NCBI GenBank assembly: GCA_965240325.2
Contig: OZ251243.1
Location: 124,001-188,000, forward strand
DNA from: Rebecca billardiae RCC1528
Lineage: Eukaryota > Protista > Haptophyta
DNA length: 64,000 bases
Direction of reading: 5' to 3'
Shown: positions 33,071 through 45,400 of the stretch, piece by piece
Position numbering within the stretch: the stretch's first letter is position 1
Layout of the letters: each line of letters opens with the position of its first letter
Program-made: the position numbers and the translations under genes
Notes under the pieces: model-generated
Told to the model about the DNA's origin: nothing
Seen by the model: the letters and a program-made list of their open reading frames with translations, nothing else
Database searches by the model: none

Positions 33071-34952
33071 TCACGCGACGCCCATGGCCTTGCGCATCTC
33101 TGCAGCCGTGCCCACTGTCTGCCGCTGGCCGCGGCCGCGCGTCTGCAGGTGCGCGCGCGGCGAGCGGCGCGCCGATTCGGGCGTCACCTCCTCCTCCTCC
33201 GCGTCGTCGCACTCGGCGCACTCCGCCGAGTCGTGCGCGTTCGTGCGCAGTGACGACTTGAGCAGCCCTCTGCCCGCGCCGCGGTGCGCGAGCGCCCGTC
33301 GAGAACAGAAGGGACACGCGGAGTGGTGCAGGGCGAGGAGCTCCATCGAGTAGAGCGTGAAGGTGGACTGGCGCACCACCATCGCGTAGTCCGTGAGCTG
33401 CAGCAGCGCCATCTCCAGCCGGTGCAGCTCCACCGCCGAGAGGTGGTACATCTTCAGCGCGGAGACGAAGTCCTCCACCCACACCTGCTCGTCGTCTGCG
33501 CGCGCACAGGCGATGAGGCAAGGCGCACACGCACGCGCACACGCACACGCACACGCACGCGCGCGCGCGAGCACGCGCAGGCGGGCGGGCGGGCGGAGGG
33601 AGAGCGCGTGAGGGACGGCGGCGGCGGCGGCGGGTGCGAGGGGCGCGCGCGGGGCTGCCGCCGCGCGCCCTCTCCGCGCGCGCACAGTGCGCCTTGGACG
33701 CGACGATGATCGAGGTGAGCAGCAGACTCTTCCAGTTTGTGTGGCTGAGCCGCAGCCCGGAGCGGCGCGTCGCGCGCTCGAGGAAGATGACGGCCTCGAT
33801 GGCGACGGGCATGTCGAGCGTGTTGTTGATGATCAGCACCATCAGGAAGCGGTAGATGCGCTCGGGCGTCGCGCGCGGCGCCACCTCGCCCGGCGCCACC
33901 TGCTCCTCGAAGAGAGCCGCCGCCTGCGCGTCGGGCGCGCGGGCGCGCGGGCGCGCGCGCGGTGGCGGCGCGTCAGCCGGTGGCGGCGGCGGCGGCGGCG
34001 GCGGCGGGGGTGCGGTTGCGCGCGAGGGGGCGCGCGGCGGCGGGCCGGGTGCGCGGCGCGCGCGCGCGCGCGCGCGCACGTCCTCGAGCTCGGGCGTCAT
34101 CTGCTCCTTCACCACCTCGCGGTCCGTCGTCTCGACGTGCACGGCGAGCGCGAGCGCCGCGCCCATCGCCAGCGCGTGCACGGCCGCTGACGTGTGCGAC
34201 CAGTCCACGTCAGACCCGCCCGCGCCGACGGCGGCGGGCGGGGCGGCGCCCGCGCCGGCGCCCGCGCCGGCGCGCGCGATCGAACGGGCGCCGGAGACGC
34301 GCTGCCGCGGCGCGGACGCCGCCCGTCTCCGCTCCGCCGGCTGCCCGTCCGCGGCCGCCCAGGAGGGCGCCGCCTGCGCGGCCGCGTGGTGCACGTCGAG
34401 CGAGCACGAGAGCAGCGCGTTCGCGACGCGGCTGGCCTGCGAGGCGGCGTGCAGCGTGACCTGCGGCCGGCCGGGCAGGCGGCGCCCGTCGCGCGTCGCG
34501 TCCGCCTGGAAGTACGGCCGCAGCACCGTGCGCCGCACCGGCTTGGAGAGCACGGCGGTCGCGCCCATGCTCTCGCACTTGAGCCGCTGCTCGTCGGTCG
34601 CGCAGCCGGTCACCATCACGATCGAGCAGGGCCAGCCGGAGGAGGTGAGCAGGCTGAGCAGCGCGTCGCCGGGCGCCTCGGGCATCACGATGTCGCAGAA
34701 GATGCGCGTGAACGTCACGCACCCGTTGTCGCCGATGTCGGTCTGCAGCGCCTTGAGGCCCTCGGCGACCGACGAGCACGTCGTCACCGCGACGCCGAGC
34801 GCGGTGAGGAGCGACTCGAGCCGGCGGCGGGCGACGGGGTCGTCGTCGATGATGAGAGCGGTCGGCGTGGCCGTGAAGATCGCGCCCGACGCCACGCCCG
34901 TCGTGGGCACGACGCCGCGCTCGGCGCGGTCGCTAACGCGCGCGTGCACCAT
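33071..34952 (-). CDS. Response-regulator receiver (REC) domain fused to a cyclin Y/PHO80-family cyclin box, about 511 aa, 3 exons
   Basis: Exons 34952-34080, 33923-33686 and 33495-33071 (GT-AG). REC: LIIDDDP, IFCDIVMP, IVMVTG, LSKPV. Cyclin Y-like: ERIYRFL, VIFLERA, TNWKSLLLTSIIVASKAHYDEQVWVEDF, ELHRLEMALLQLTDY. Confidence 0.85.
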
Positions 34953-36855
34953 CGCTGGCGACGCTCACGCGGTGAGCTGCGGTGTGGCGCGCGGCGGGGG
35001 GCCGCGTGCGTGTGCGAGGAGGCGCGGTGTGCGCCTCGGCTGCTGCTGGCTGCCGGACGCGCTCGCTGGCGCAGCCCGTCGATGCAGCCGCTTGTTCGCG
35101 CGCGCTCGGAGCGAGGGCGCGAGGGTTGCGTTGCTGGGGCGACCGAGCCAGCACGAGTGAGATCAGACGGTTCGCAGGCTGCGCAAGGCGGGTTCGGGTA
35201 CAAAGATATGTCGAATATGACGATCGCTGGGTATGGATTATCAACTCCTCACCGAGGTCGGGGGGTGGGTCGCATGATTGCAGATATGGCCGGTAGGACC
35301 AGCTTCCCTAGGAGGGTCACCCCGAACGTGAACCGCTAATTACTTCTGAGAGTACGCGCGAGGGTTTCCGAAGAAGCACGGATGTATCGGCCCCGAACTG
35401 ACTAGTGAGATTGCAAGGAAGGCGTGCAAAAGTGCTGTAGGCCAACCAACCCCCGAGAAGGTGCGACAAAGATCTCACCACCCGAAGGGAAGATTTGGGC
35501 TTTTTGGGTTTTTTCGGATTCGTCAGAATGACGAGCGCAATCTAACACCCGAATACTTGGTAGGATACCGCCACAAACCAATTGATCAGCATGAATAGTG
35601 CTCAGACGACAGACGGTGATTCTGCATTAGCCTAATGAGGCGGGAACGATGAATCAGCTGACGGCATGGAGATTCCTCCATAGGTGTTGCCAGGTTGCGT
35701 CAATTCGTCCTCAAATTGTGCGTGATGATTACCCCAGATTCGGGGATGGGGCGAGGTATTCATATCCACCGCATTTGTCCGGAATTAGACGAAACGATAA
35801 GAACTCGACCTGGCCGGAGGTCAGTTCACCAGATCAAATATACCGCCTGGGTGTACTCAGCTTACTCATCGCTATGAATTTCGACGAAATGCTTCAATCC
35901 CCTATCTATATATCGTCCGGTGCCTTGGGCGGTCCGGTTGCGCAAAGCTCTGGCCGCGCGAGCCGACTGTCCCGATCATTGTGTGTCACGGTATGAGTGT
36001 GAGGTTGCTCACTGATGCATTATAACACTATTCACTGTGTCCTGCTGTTGATCTTTGAGGTCATACCAAGGTCAGTCCTGGGGCCGGAGCGTCTGCCTCG
36101 TCTCTCCCGCTGACCGACGCTGGCCGCTGCCGCTGGTCCGCCGCAGCGTGACTCTCCGAGACTCTCACTCAGTCGCAGCAGACATATCTAATGCCTGTAA
36201 TCATCAGAGACTGATTGCCACATGCTTATATTTATAATTGCTTAATGCTAGTTCACGCCAGCCCGCGGAGCGCCGAGCGGCCGGTCCACGGTCCAGGACG
36301 CGTAACAAGTCTCAGTCAACGACAACGAGCGCGGCCGCTCGTCACGCTTGGCCTCACTGCCGGTCGGCCGGCTGCCAGCGGTCCGCGCCCGTCGGGTGCG
36401 GGGGCATGGCGTCGGGCAGGGGCACGTGCGGCCCAGCGGGCCCCGAGGGCGGCATGGCGCCGTTGCTCCCAGCCAGCCGCGCGCGCGAGCGGCACCGCGC
36501 TGCGCCCAGCGCCTGTGAGCAGCGGTGTGGCGGCGGACGGGTGCCGTGCGCGTACCCGCCGCGCGGCAGCTGCCGCGTGCGGACGATTCTGGCCGCACGA
36601 CGTCCTCACCACCCCGGGGCGCCGAGCCTGCTGCCCACGCCTGACGCCACGGCAGACACGCCCCCGGCGGGGGCGGGGCGCGCCCGCCGCTCCGACCGCA
36701 ACCGTTGGGCGCGGGGCTGCGCGCCTTGCGCGCGCAGCCGAGCAAGCGGTGGCCGGTTCGCGCCGGCGGGATCCCCAGGGCGCGGGGGCGGGCGTGCCCA
36801 CGACACGCCGGGCGCGAGCCCCGCCGCGAGTGCGCCGGCCCGCACGCCCGCGCCG

Positions 36856-37488
36856 TCACGGCGCCGCGGGCCCGGCCTGGCGCGCGCGCTTGGCCGCCCT
36901 GGCCGCCTCCGCCTTGGCGCGCATGCGCTCGCGCATCTGCGCGCCAAAGTCGGCGGCGGCTGCGGACGAGGCCCCGGACGGGCGGGAGGGCGCGCCGGCC
37001 GGTGTGCTTGCGCCTCGACCAGCGCTCGGCTCGGACGCGCGTGCCCCGCCACCGCGTCCGCCCCGCACGCCGCCGCCGCTGCCACCGCGCCCAAAGTGCG
37101 CGCTCGGCGGCGCCGCGCCGAGCGCCGAGCCCAGCGAGGCCCAGCGTGCCACGCGCTCCGCCTCGACGTCCTCGCCGTCGAGCAAGTCGGCACCTCGCTC
37201 GTCGGCCGCGGCTGCTCCGGCGCTCGCGGCGCCCCGCGCGCGACCATCGCCTGCGCGCTGCGGCTCGCCCGGCGGGCGCTCGCCGAGCGCGTCGGCAAAC
37301 GCCGCCCAGCGCGCCGCGCGCTGCGCCTCCGTGTCCTCCGCGTCGTCGGCGCCGGCCTGCGCGCGGGGAGCCGCCGCAGGCGCCTCGCTGCTCGGAGCGT
37401 GTGGCGCGCCGTCCGCCTCGGCATCGCCGCGCGGCGTCGCCCCGTCCTCCGCGTCGGTCGCGTCCCTCGGGCGCTTGGCAGGCTCCAT
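36856..37488 (-). CDS. Hypothetical low-complexity protein (210 aa)
   Basis: ATG at 37488 (MEPAKRPR), GC3-rich, repeated motif EAQRAARWA/EAERVARWA; divergent from the Kelch gene. Confidence 0.6.
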   Translation of the reverse strand: MEPAKRPRDATDAEDGATPRGDAEADGAPHAPSSEAPAAAPRAQAGADDAEDTEAQRAARWAAFADALGERPPGEPQRAGDGRARGAASAGAAAADERGADLLDGEDVEAERVARWASLGSALGAAPPSAHFGRGGSGGGVRGGRGGGARASEPSAGRGASTPAGAPSRPSGASSAAAADFGAQMRERMRAKAEAARAAKRARQAGPAAP

Positions 37489-37901
37489 CCTGCCCGGTCG
37501 AGTCAAAAGGGCGAAAAGGCCGTCGCTCGCGCCAATCTGGATCCGGGGAGTGTGAGCGGCATTGATCAAAAGCGAGATCGAACATGGCGCTTCGATAGGA
37601 GCGGCTCGACCCGAATTTGTAGTCGCCGGAGCACCGCGTTCGCGCCAGCCAATCACCACCCTGGCCAGTTGTCCCAGGAGTGGCCCGCGCGAGGTGTGTT
37701 CGGGGCGCTCTGGGCCACAAACGAGCCCTCTTTCTTCCAAAAAGATCATTTCGCCACGGCCTTCGCGCATCTCAGATCGCGCTCTCTCGGCCGGGCGGGT
37801 CCACCTGCCGCCTCGTACTCCCCCGGGCGGGTGCTGCCCCTGCGCCCGTCCCCGCCCGCCGCCCCCCTTGCGCGAGGCGCTCGTGCCGCGGCGCGGGGCC
37901 G

Positions 37902-40805
37902 ATGCGCACGCGCCGCATGACGCCCGCGGCGCAGGGCGACTCGCTTCTCCTCGCGTGCAACGACGAGTGCCTGTGGACCATCGCGCACCGCCTCTCCGCG
38001 CCCGACCTGATTCGGCTCTCGCTCGCGTGCTCGCAGACGCTCGCGCTCGCGCGCGCGGTCGCGGAGGCGAAGCTGCGCACGCGCTGGTCGGCGTGGCGGC
38101 GGAGGATCGCGTCCGGCGAGTCGCTCCTCGTCCAGCTCGCCGCCTCCGAGCTCTCCTGCCTCCTCGCCATCGGCGGCACGTGGAAGGCGGAGGACTACTG
38201 GGGCTCGGAGCAGGTGCACACCTCTGCCACCGCCTCGGTCGAGGCGACGTTCGTGCGCGCGGTGCCGCGCGGCGGCGGGCGCGGCGGCTCGTCGAGCCGT
38301 GACGCCGCCGCGCCGCTCGCCGACGCCGACGCCGAGCTGCCCGCCGTCGCCGCCACCGCCGCGACCGCGGCCGGCGGCGCGGCGTGCGCGGGCGGCGCCG
38401 CCGCCGCCGCCGCGCCCGCCGCGCCCGCCGCGGCGGCGGCGGCGGCGTCGGCGGCGGGCGAGGTGGGCCTCGCGTGGCGCGCGGACGTGCGCCCGCTCCC
38501 GTACGCCTGGCGCCGCGGCTGCACCGTCTCCCTCGAGAACCTCGTCCTCATCGCCGGCGGCTGCATCGCCAACCGCCAGACGTCGCTGTGCTACGCATAC
38601 GCGCCCGAGCACGGCGGCTGGGCGCGCGCGCCCGACCTGCGGCAGAAGCGGAACGTGGCGGCGGCGGCGGCGCACGGCGGCGCGCTGTGGATCATGGGCG
38701 GGTACGACGGCCTCGCCCACCTCGCCACCGTCGAGGTGCTCTGCCCGCCAGACGACGCCGAGCCGACGGCGGCGGGCGGCGGCGCGTCGGTGCCGCCGCC
38801 CGCCGCCGCGCACTCGGCGCGCGCGCGCGCGGCCGAGCCGGCGGCGGCGGGCGGCGTCGCCGATGCGCCCTCGGCGGCGCGGGTGCGCTCGCTGCGCCCT
38901 CGCCGCGCGCGCGGCGTCGCCGTCACCGCGTCCGCCGCGCACGCCGCGGGCCCAGCCGACGCGTCTGCGGCCACACCCGGCGGCGGCGGCGGCGACGGCG
39001 ACGGCGGCGGCGCGGCCGGCGGCGCGGCCGGCGGCTGCGGCCGGCGCGGCGCGGGCTGCGCGCAGGCGAGCAGCCTCGAGGCGGAGCTGGGCACGTGGAC
39101 GTGGCGCTCGGCGCCGCCGCTGCACACCGCGCGCTCCAGCCTCGGCGTCGCCTCGCTCGGCGGCTGCCTCTACGCGGTCGGCGGCTATGGCTCGCCCGGC
39201 GCCGCGGCGGGCGGTCTTGGGGTGTTGCTCCCGACAGCGCTGCCCTCGGCGGAGGTGCTGAGGCCGGGGGCGGGCGCGTGGGAGCCGATCGCGCCGCTGG
39301 CGGAGGGGCGCTCGGACGTGGCGGTGGTGGCGTACCAGGGGCAGCTGCTCGCGATCGGCGGCGCGTCGGCCAGCGGCCGCGCGCTCGCAACAGTCGAAGC
39401 CTACGCGCCGCAGCCCGCGGCCGCGGCCGACGGTGGCGCGCCCGCCGCCGAGCCGGGCGGCGCGGCCGCGGCCCCCGGCGGCGGCGCGCTCGCGCTCGGC
39501 GGCGCGGCCGGCGCGCCCGCGGCCGAGGGCGCCGACGCCGGCGCGTCGGGCCCGCGCTGGGTGCGCGCGCCCAACCTCCTCGTCCCGCGCTCCGGCTGCG
39601 GCGCCGCAGTTGTGCGCGGCCGACTGATCGTGGTGGGCGGCAAGGGCCCGTCGTCTGTGCGGCTCTCGACCGCGGAGCTGTGGTGCCCCGGCGCGCGGCG
39701 CTGGGTGCTGGTGCAGTGCGCGCAGCCGCCGCACAGCGCGCTCGCGCCGAGCCCGCAGCAGCCCGCGGCCGAGCCGGGCGCGCCTGCCCTCGGCGTGTGG
39801 GCCGGCCGCTCGGCCCACGACCACAACCCTAACCACAACCCTAACCACAACCCTAACCCTAACCCTAATGCGCCGCACCTCGTCCAGCGAGCGCTCGCCG
39901 AGAGCGCCGCGCCGCGCCGACCGCCGCCGCCGACGGCCGCCGAGCCCACAGAGCGCTCGGCGGCGGGCGCGGCCGACGCGGCGGCGGCCGGCCCGAGCGG
40001 CGCGGCGGCGGCGCGCGCGCACGCGCCGCGCGCACCGGCGGAGCTCGCGCTGGGCCGGGCGGGCGGCGCGTCCGCGCCGGGCAAGCGCCGTGCGCGCGCC
40101 GCCGCCGCGCCGCGCTCGCCGCCACCGTGCGCGCGCACCTCGCAGCCCGCGCCGCCGCCGCCGCCGCTCGCGCTCGCGCCGCCGACGGGCGGCGCGCGCG
40201 TTGGCGCGGGCGCGGCGCCGCCCAAGCCCGGCGCGCTCGGCGCCGCGGCCGCCTTCTCAGCGGGCGACGGCCCCGGCTCGCCCTCGGCGGATGCGGCCGA
40301 CGGCGCCGACGGCGCCGCGGACTCGGGCCTGGCGCTGCCGCCGCCGTGCGACGCGTCAGACGCCACCGCGCCGCCGCCGCCGGCGGCGGCGCCGGCGGCG
40401 GCCGCCGCGCGCGCGCCGCCGGCCGGCGCCGCGGGCAAGCGCGCGCTGCGCTCCACCCTCGGCGCGCCGGCCGCGCGGCACGGCACGCGCGCGGGCGCGC
40501 GCGGCGGCGTGGGCGCCGAGGAGCCCAAGGGCTCGCCCGCCGGCGGCGTGCACGCAGCGCTCGCCACGCTCGCCGCCAGCCACAAGCCGAGCAGCGCGCC
40601 GGCGCCGGGCGCGGCGGTCGCGACGCGCGAGACGAGGCACGCCCACCTGGGCACGCCGCGCGACGCCTTTGGCCTCGTGGCGCTCGGCGCGTGCGGCGGG
40701 GGCGGCGCCGAGGGCAGCTGGTGGGGCGAGAGCGACGACGACGAGGGCGGCGCGGACGGCGCGCCGCCGTGGGAAGACGGCTGGGGTGGCGCCGCCGAGA
40801 GCTGA
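37902..40805 (+). CDS. F-box-like/Kelch-repeat protein
   Basis: N-terminal LLLACNDECLWTIAHRLSAPDLIRLSLAC is F-box-like. Kelch GG motifs LIAGG, LWIMGGYDG, LYAVGGY, LLAIGG and LIVVGGK with W..xxPL..xR linkers. Confidence 0.85.
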   Translation: MRTRRMTPAAQGDSLLLACNDECLWTIAHRLSAPDLIRLSLACSQTLALARAVAEAKLRTRWSAWRRRIASGESLLVQLAASELSCLLAIGGTWKAEDYWGSEQVHTSATASVEATFVRAVPRGGGRGGSSSRDAAAPLADADAELPAVAATAATAAGGAACAGGAAAAAAPAAPAAAAAAASAAGEVGLAWRADVRPLPYAWRRGCTVSLENLVLIAGGCIANRQTSLCYAYAPEHGGWARAPDLRQKRNVAAAAAHGGALWIMGGYDGLAHLATVEVLCPPDDAEPTAAGGGASVPPPAAAHSARARAAEPAAAGGVADAPSAARVRSLRPRRARGVAVTASAAHAAGPADASAATPGGGGGDGDGGGAAGGAAGGCGRRGAGCAQASSLEAELGTWTWRSAPPLHTARSSLGVASLGGCLYAVGGYGSPGAAAGGLGVLLPTALPSAEVLRPGAGAWEPIAPLAEGRSDVAVVAYQGQLLAIGGASASGRALATVEAYAPQPAAAADGGAPAAEPGGAAAAPGGGALALGGAAGAPAAEGADAGASGPRWVRAPNLLVPRSGCGAAVVRGRLIVVGGKGPSSVRLSTAELWCPGARRWVLVQCAQPPHSALAPSPQQPAAEPGAPALGVWAGRSAHDHNPNHNPNHNPNPNPNAPHLVQRALAESAAPRRPPPPTAAEPTERSAAGAADAAAAGPSGAAAARAHAPRAPAELALGRAGGASAPGKRRARAAAAPRSPPPCARTSQPAPPPPPLALAPPTGGARVGAGAAPPKPGALGAAAAFSAGDGPGSPSADAADGADGAADSGLALPPPCDASDATAPPPPAAAPAAAAARAPPAGAAGKRALRSTLGAPAARHGTRAGARGGVGAEEPKGSPAGGVHAALATLAASHKPSSAPAPGAAVATRETRHAHLGTPRDAFGLVALGACGGGGAEGSWWGESDDDEGGADGAPPWEDGWGGAAES
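39821..39868 (+). repeat. Telomere-like (CCCTAA/CCACAA)n tract inside the Kelch CDS
   Basis: ccacaaccctaaccacaaccctaaccacaaccctaaccctaaccctaa, translating as HNPNHNPNHNPNPNPN. Confidence 0.85.
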
Positions 40806-42083
40806 CGCCGCACGGGAGGCGTGCGCGCACGCCGCGTGAGCGCTCGCGCGCCATGGCGGCCGCGCCTGGCGCGTCGGCCCGCCCGAGCGCGATATGCAGC
40901 ATCGTCATCAGTGATGACTACATCATCAGCGTAGGCTTCGTCGTATATAGCTAGTAGGCTCTGGCTCCGGTTGACCCGCCCTGCCAGTCCGGTCATAGAA
41001 ACCGGGCGTACCGAATATATATATATATATGTGATCTTCGTCTCGTCGACATTATTTCACAACCATCAGCGAACTACGGACGAATGTCGTCATCACGCGA
41101 TTTTCCCTCACATCACTCCGGACGACTCGGACTCGATGCCGATATGGCCCACCTGCGCCGCGGATGATATGAATAGTGTGACGATCTGTCGTCGTTGTAC
41201 AGGCAATTGCGGGCAATAAGGAGCTACTGTCATACGTTAAGAAACTGGGGCTTGACGATATCTGCGGATCTGGCGCCTAGAAACTGATGATGAGACTAGC
41301 GATTGGCTGGTTCGCTATACGCATATATAGTATCGTCAACTAAGAAACTGACGAGACTACAGTATGTCGTCGCGGCTGACGAGTCGTGGTCCGCCGAGGC
41401 GCATTGCCCGTGGGACCGGCGGCGCGCGGCCCGACTACGAGTACAGCAGGCCAAGGATTCCCGACTTCTCCTCGGATGACTTAACTTCTGGCCAGTGCAC
41501 TGCAGCAGCGGCCTTGCAACATCATGCGCCAGATTTGCTCCAATAATAAAATGGCGGCCCGATTTTTTCTTCGGCCTCGCGCCGGCCAGGCCTAAAGACT
41601 CCCGGAGTCGGGGGGCTCAGCCCGGCCCCTGCGCCCGCCCGGCGCCTGCGGCGGGCGGACGTAGCTAAGAAACTGAGACTCCGTAGGCGGGCGGGCTACC
41701 GAACGGCTAAGAAACTACCGAGGGCGAGACGACTATGAGTATGATCCGGGCCGTGCTGAGTCGATCTCTGACTTCTTATTGCCCGCGATTGCCTGCTGCG
41801 TAGTGATGGACTACTCATTCTATAATATCATTTAACGACACGGGTAGGACGATACGGCGCAGGTCTCCTGCTAATTCGTCGTCCATGGACGAGTCTCGGT
41901 CCGCGTGGGGGACAGCAGCTGGAGCAGGCGCAGGTGCTGCGGGCAGAGAGGCCGCCTGACGGCCGGCCCGAGCCGCGCCGCCCGTACGGTGCCAGTGCGC
42001 GCTCCTGGCGTTTCTCCGAATTCTCGACGGCGCGCCGCGACGAGGTGCGGCGGCTCGATCAGTCGATGGGCACGCGGCTAGAA

Positions 42084-42493
<410 letters not shown>

Positions 42494-45400
42494 GTCATAT
42501 CTGTCGGCGCTCTCGTCAGCCTCCGGGATACGCGATCACTCGGGCGCATTGCTGTTAATTGCTGAGAGTCCGTCGGACCGCGGCGCGGGCGGCGGTTGCC
42601 ACGCCTAAGTCGGGCCGCTGCGTTCCTGAGCCGCAGCGCCAGAATTACGCGAGATCAGAGAACCTTTCTTTCATCCCACGCGCGCCATTGGTCGAGACGT
42701 CGCTGAAGGGGGCCGAAAGTTGAGCAGCGGGTAACCTTCTGTTAATGACGTGAGTAAGTCTCGCCGTAGTGGGCCCAAAATTGCAACCTATGACTTTCGC
42801 TTGATCGAATAATCTCTCGAACATCTGCCCCGAAGCGTCGCTTTTGTGAGGATACACAGCAGCATCTCTCCATCGGTTGATCCTGCAGGCCCTCAACGCT
42901 CCTAGACCCTTCGTCGGCGGACGGTCTACGAGTGGCGACAGGCGACGCCTCCCCGGCACACTAGTACGAGGTCGATGGCGAACAAACGCTCGTGCACGGA
43001 CTAGGGGATGTTTGAGTGCGCGTAGCCTCGCTCGATACGACTGCGGGCAGGCGCGGCCGACGCAGTCCCGGCAGCTCCTGTTGTTTCTGCCTGCCACGCC
43101 TGCGCCGTTCATCATCCGTGCCGCGCGTGGCCCGACAACTTGCCAGCGCCGCCGACAAGTTGGTGATCGAAGGGCGCGATTTGAAGGTTCAGCCACCACT
43201 CAGGTGGGCATCCCGGGCCCACTTCGAGTTGTCTTCGATGCTGCCCACCGCGCTGCTCTCGACAGCCTGCGTGCCCTCGTGACAGCGCGCGCGTCCCGGC
43301 AGCTGCACGGTGCGGCATGTCGGCATGGCTTGCTCAGTCGCTCTTCATCTCTGCAGTGCAGAGGATGGGCCACAGCGATTACAGCGATATTGCGGTCGGT
43401 GGCAACGAGCATACTTCTCATGACCGCCGCCGCCGCGTGCCGCAGCTACCCGCCACCGGACGTGCTGCATCACACGTCGATGCTCATGGCTCATTAGACA
43501 GGATCTCACGCTCATCTGTGGGCACCGTTGTACGTGCGGCATGGCAAAGCCCTACTGACTTGGATGTGTGGATGCGTCGGCACGGCGGCAGTCGTCAGTG
43601 GCAGTGCTTGGCTCTGTGTCGCAGACGTGGCGCGGCGCCTGGCGCAGTCACGACGCACTCGTTGACCGGGCCACGCGCTGTCTCGGACACTGGACGGCGC
43701 GGCTCCGAGCAACACTCGCTCGCCGCTGGGCCTGGGCCTGCCGGCCCACAGGGCCTGGGCCGCCTCTGCCCACGCCGAGGCCTGGCCTAAGACGGTAAGA
43801 CCCCGGGTCACATAGCACGACGGCTCAGTGCCGCTGCCCTCTGGACCAGTGGCGGTGCTGCTCTGCCGGCTCGGGGCGACCCGCTCGCGCCGCGGGCCGT
43901 GGCAGCGCTCATCGACTCAAACGTGCCGCCGACTCGCGCTCAGCTTCATGGCTGACGGGCTGCGCGAAGCGTCGGCGCTACCGAGAACAGTCGTGCGCCC
44001 TACCCTCTATGCGCCTGCGATCATACGTACTCCGAAGCAGCGCCAGACATGGACGGTGGGCGGTCTCAGCGCCGCGGCGGCACCGCGGGGCGCGCAGCGC
44101 ATCGGTGCGCGCCCGGTCATGCATCACCGCGAGCCGCAGAGTCTGAGCCCGAGGAGGCGGAGGACGGCCGGACTCCGGTGGCGCCGCTGGAATGTCACAT
44201 GTGGTGCGGTTCATCGGACTCAGGATATTCGATCACAGACACGGTCGTCACTACGGTACAGTCGTCATCATGCATTTAGCGCAGCATGCCGCGTATAGCG
44301 GCGTGACTCACCTAGTATTGGGTCCGCGGGCGCGTGCTGACTGCTGCATCATCAGTATTCAGCCGTGCGCATAATATGGCAATGCATGCTGTCAAGTGTC
44401 AGCATCAGCTGCGCGCGCACGGACAGACGGTCAACGGAACCTTAGCCGCGTGCCCGTTAGTGAATAGTGCGGACGGTCCGCAGTATCGAGTGATGAGCAG
44501 TAGTCTTATAAAGCCCCGCGCCCGGTCGTATTCGTACCGAGGCTCCGTAGTAAATGTTGCAGTGACTGGGCCCGGCGGGCGTGCGCCGGCAACACGCCGA
44601 CGGCTGACCCGGCTACGCCTCCAGTCTGAGTCGCAGATTACGGGCGCCCGCGCACTGGCAGCGGTCGAGCCGACTGGATTGTCAGAGTTAGTCAGCGAGT
44701 CGAGCCGCGGGCGCCGGCCAAGGCGGTACGGGCGGTACAGGCATTGCGTGCGCTCGCGTGCAGCCCCCGGAGCCAGCCTGGGGCTCCGAAGGTGTGCTTG
44801 CAGCTGGTGCGTGACCTTACGAGTACTGCACACCGCTTGTTGACACTGCACGCCAAGCCGATCGAAGGCACAACGTGAGGATGTGAACTGGCGGCAGCTT
44901 TCTGCGGATCTGGGCCGTGACCTCTGTAGGCGCGTGGGCACAGAGTGTCCGACGGCGAGGAAAGAGCTCGAGTGGCCGCTATCGGGGCCGAATAGGAAAC
45001 GTGCGACTCGCCGTACATCGCACGCCGACTGCTGGCAGGCTCGCCCCCCCCGCCCGCACCTGCACGATCAGCGTCAGGAGCAATGATTGCGGAGTGCGCA
45101 TTAGCCGCAGAAGAGGACCAGGTACGCACGCGCGTGTGCAAGCAAAGGGCGACGCCCAATGTGGACCTACGAAGGTGTGCACGCGGCTGACACTGAGCGC
45201 TGATGTCCCTGGACCCGCGCGAGAGCTCCTCAGCCACGCCAGCAATGTCGCAGAGACTCTCTGGCGGCCTGGCCTGGCCGGGCTGCGTTCGAAGCCCTGC
45301 CGCCCGCCGACGACCGGCGAGTCGGCGACAAAACACTCTCGTCTTGGCCTCTTGAACCCTCGGTGGCAATCTCTCGCGATCTGCCTCGCCCGCATAGCAC

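Noticed and set aside
32826-33685. C-terminal part of the 708-aa ORF
   Set aside because: Read-through of an intron into the wrong frame; the cyclin box continues in another frame after splicing and stops at 33071.
41236-41720. CRISPR array (also considered for 62647-63130)
   Set aside because: Repeats are too short or degenerate, spacing is irregular, there are no cas genes, and the context is eukaryotic.
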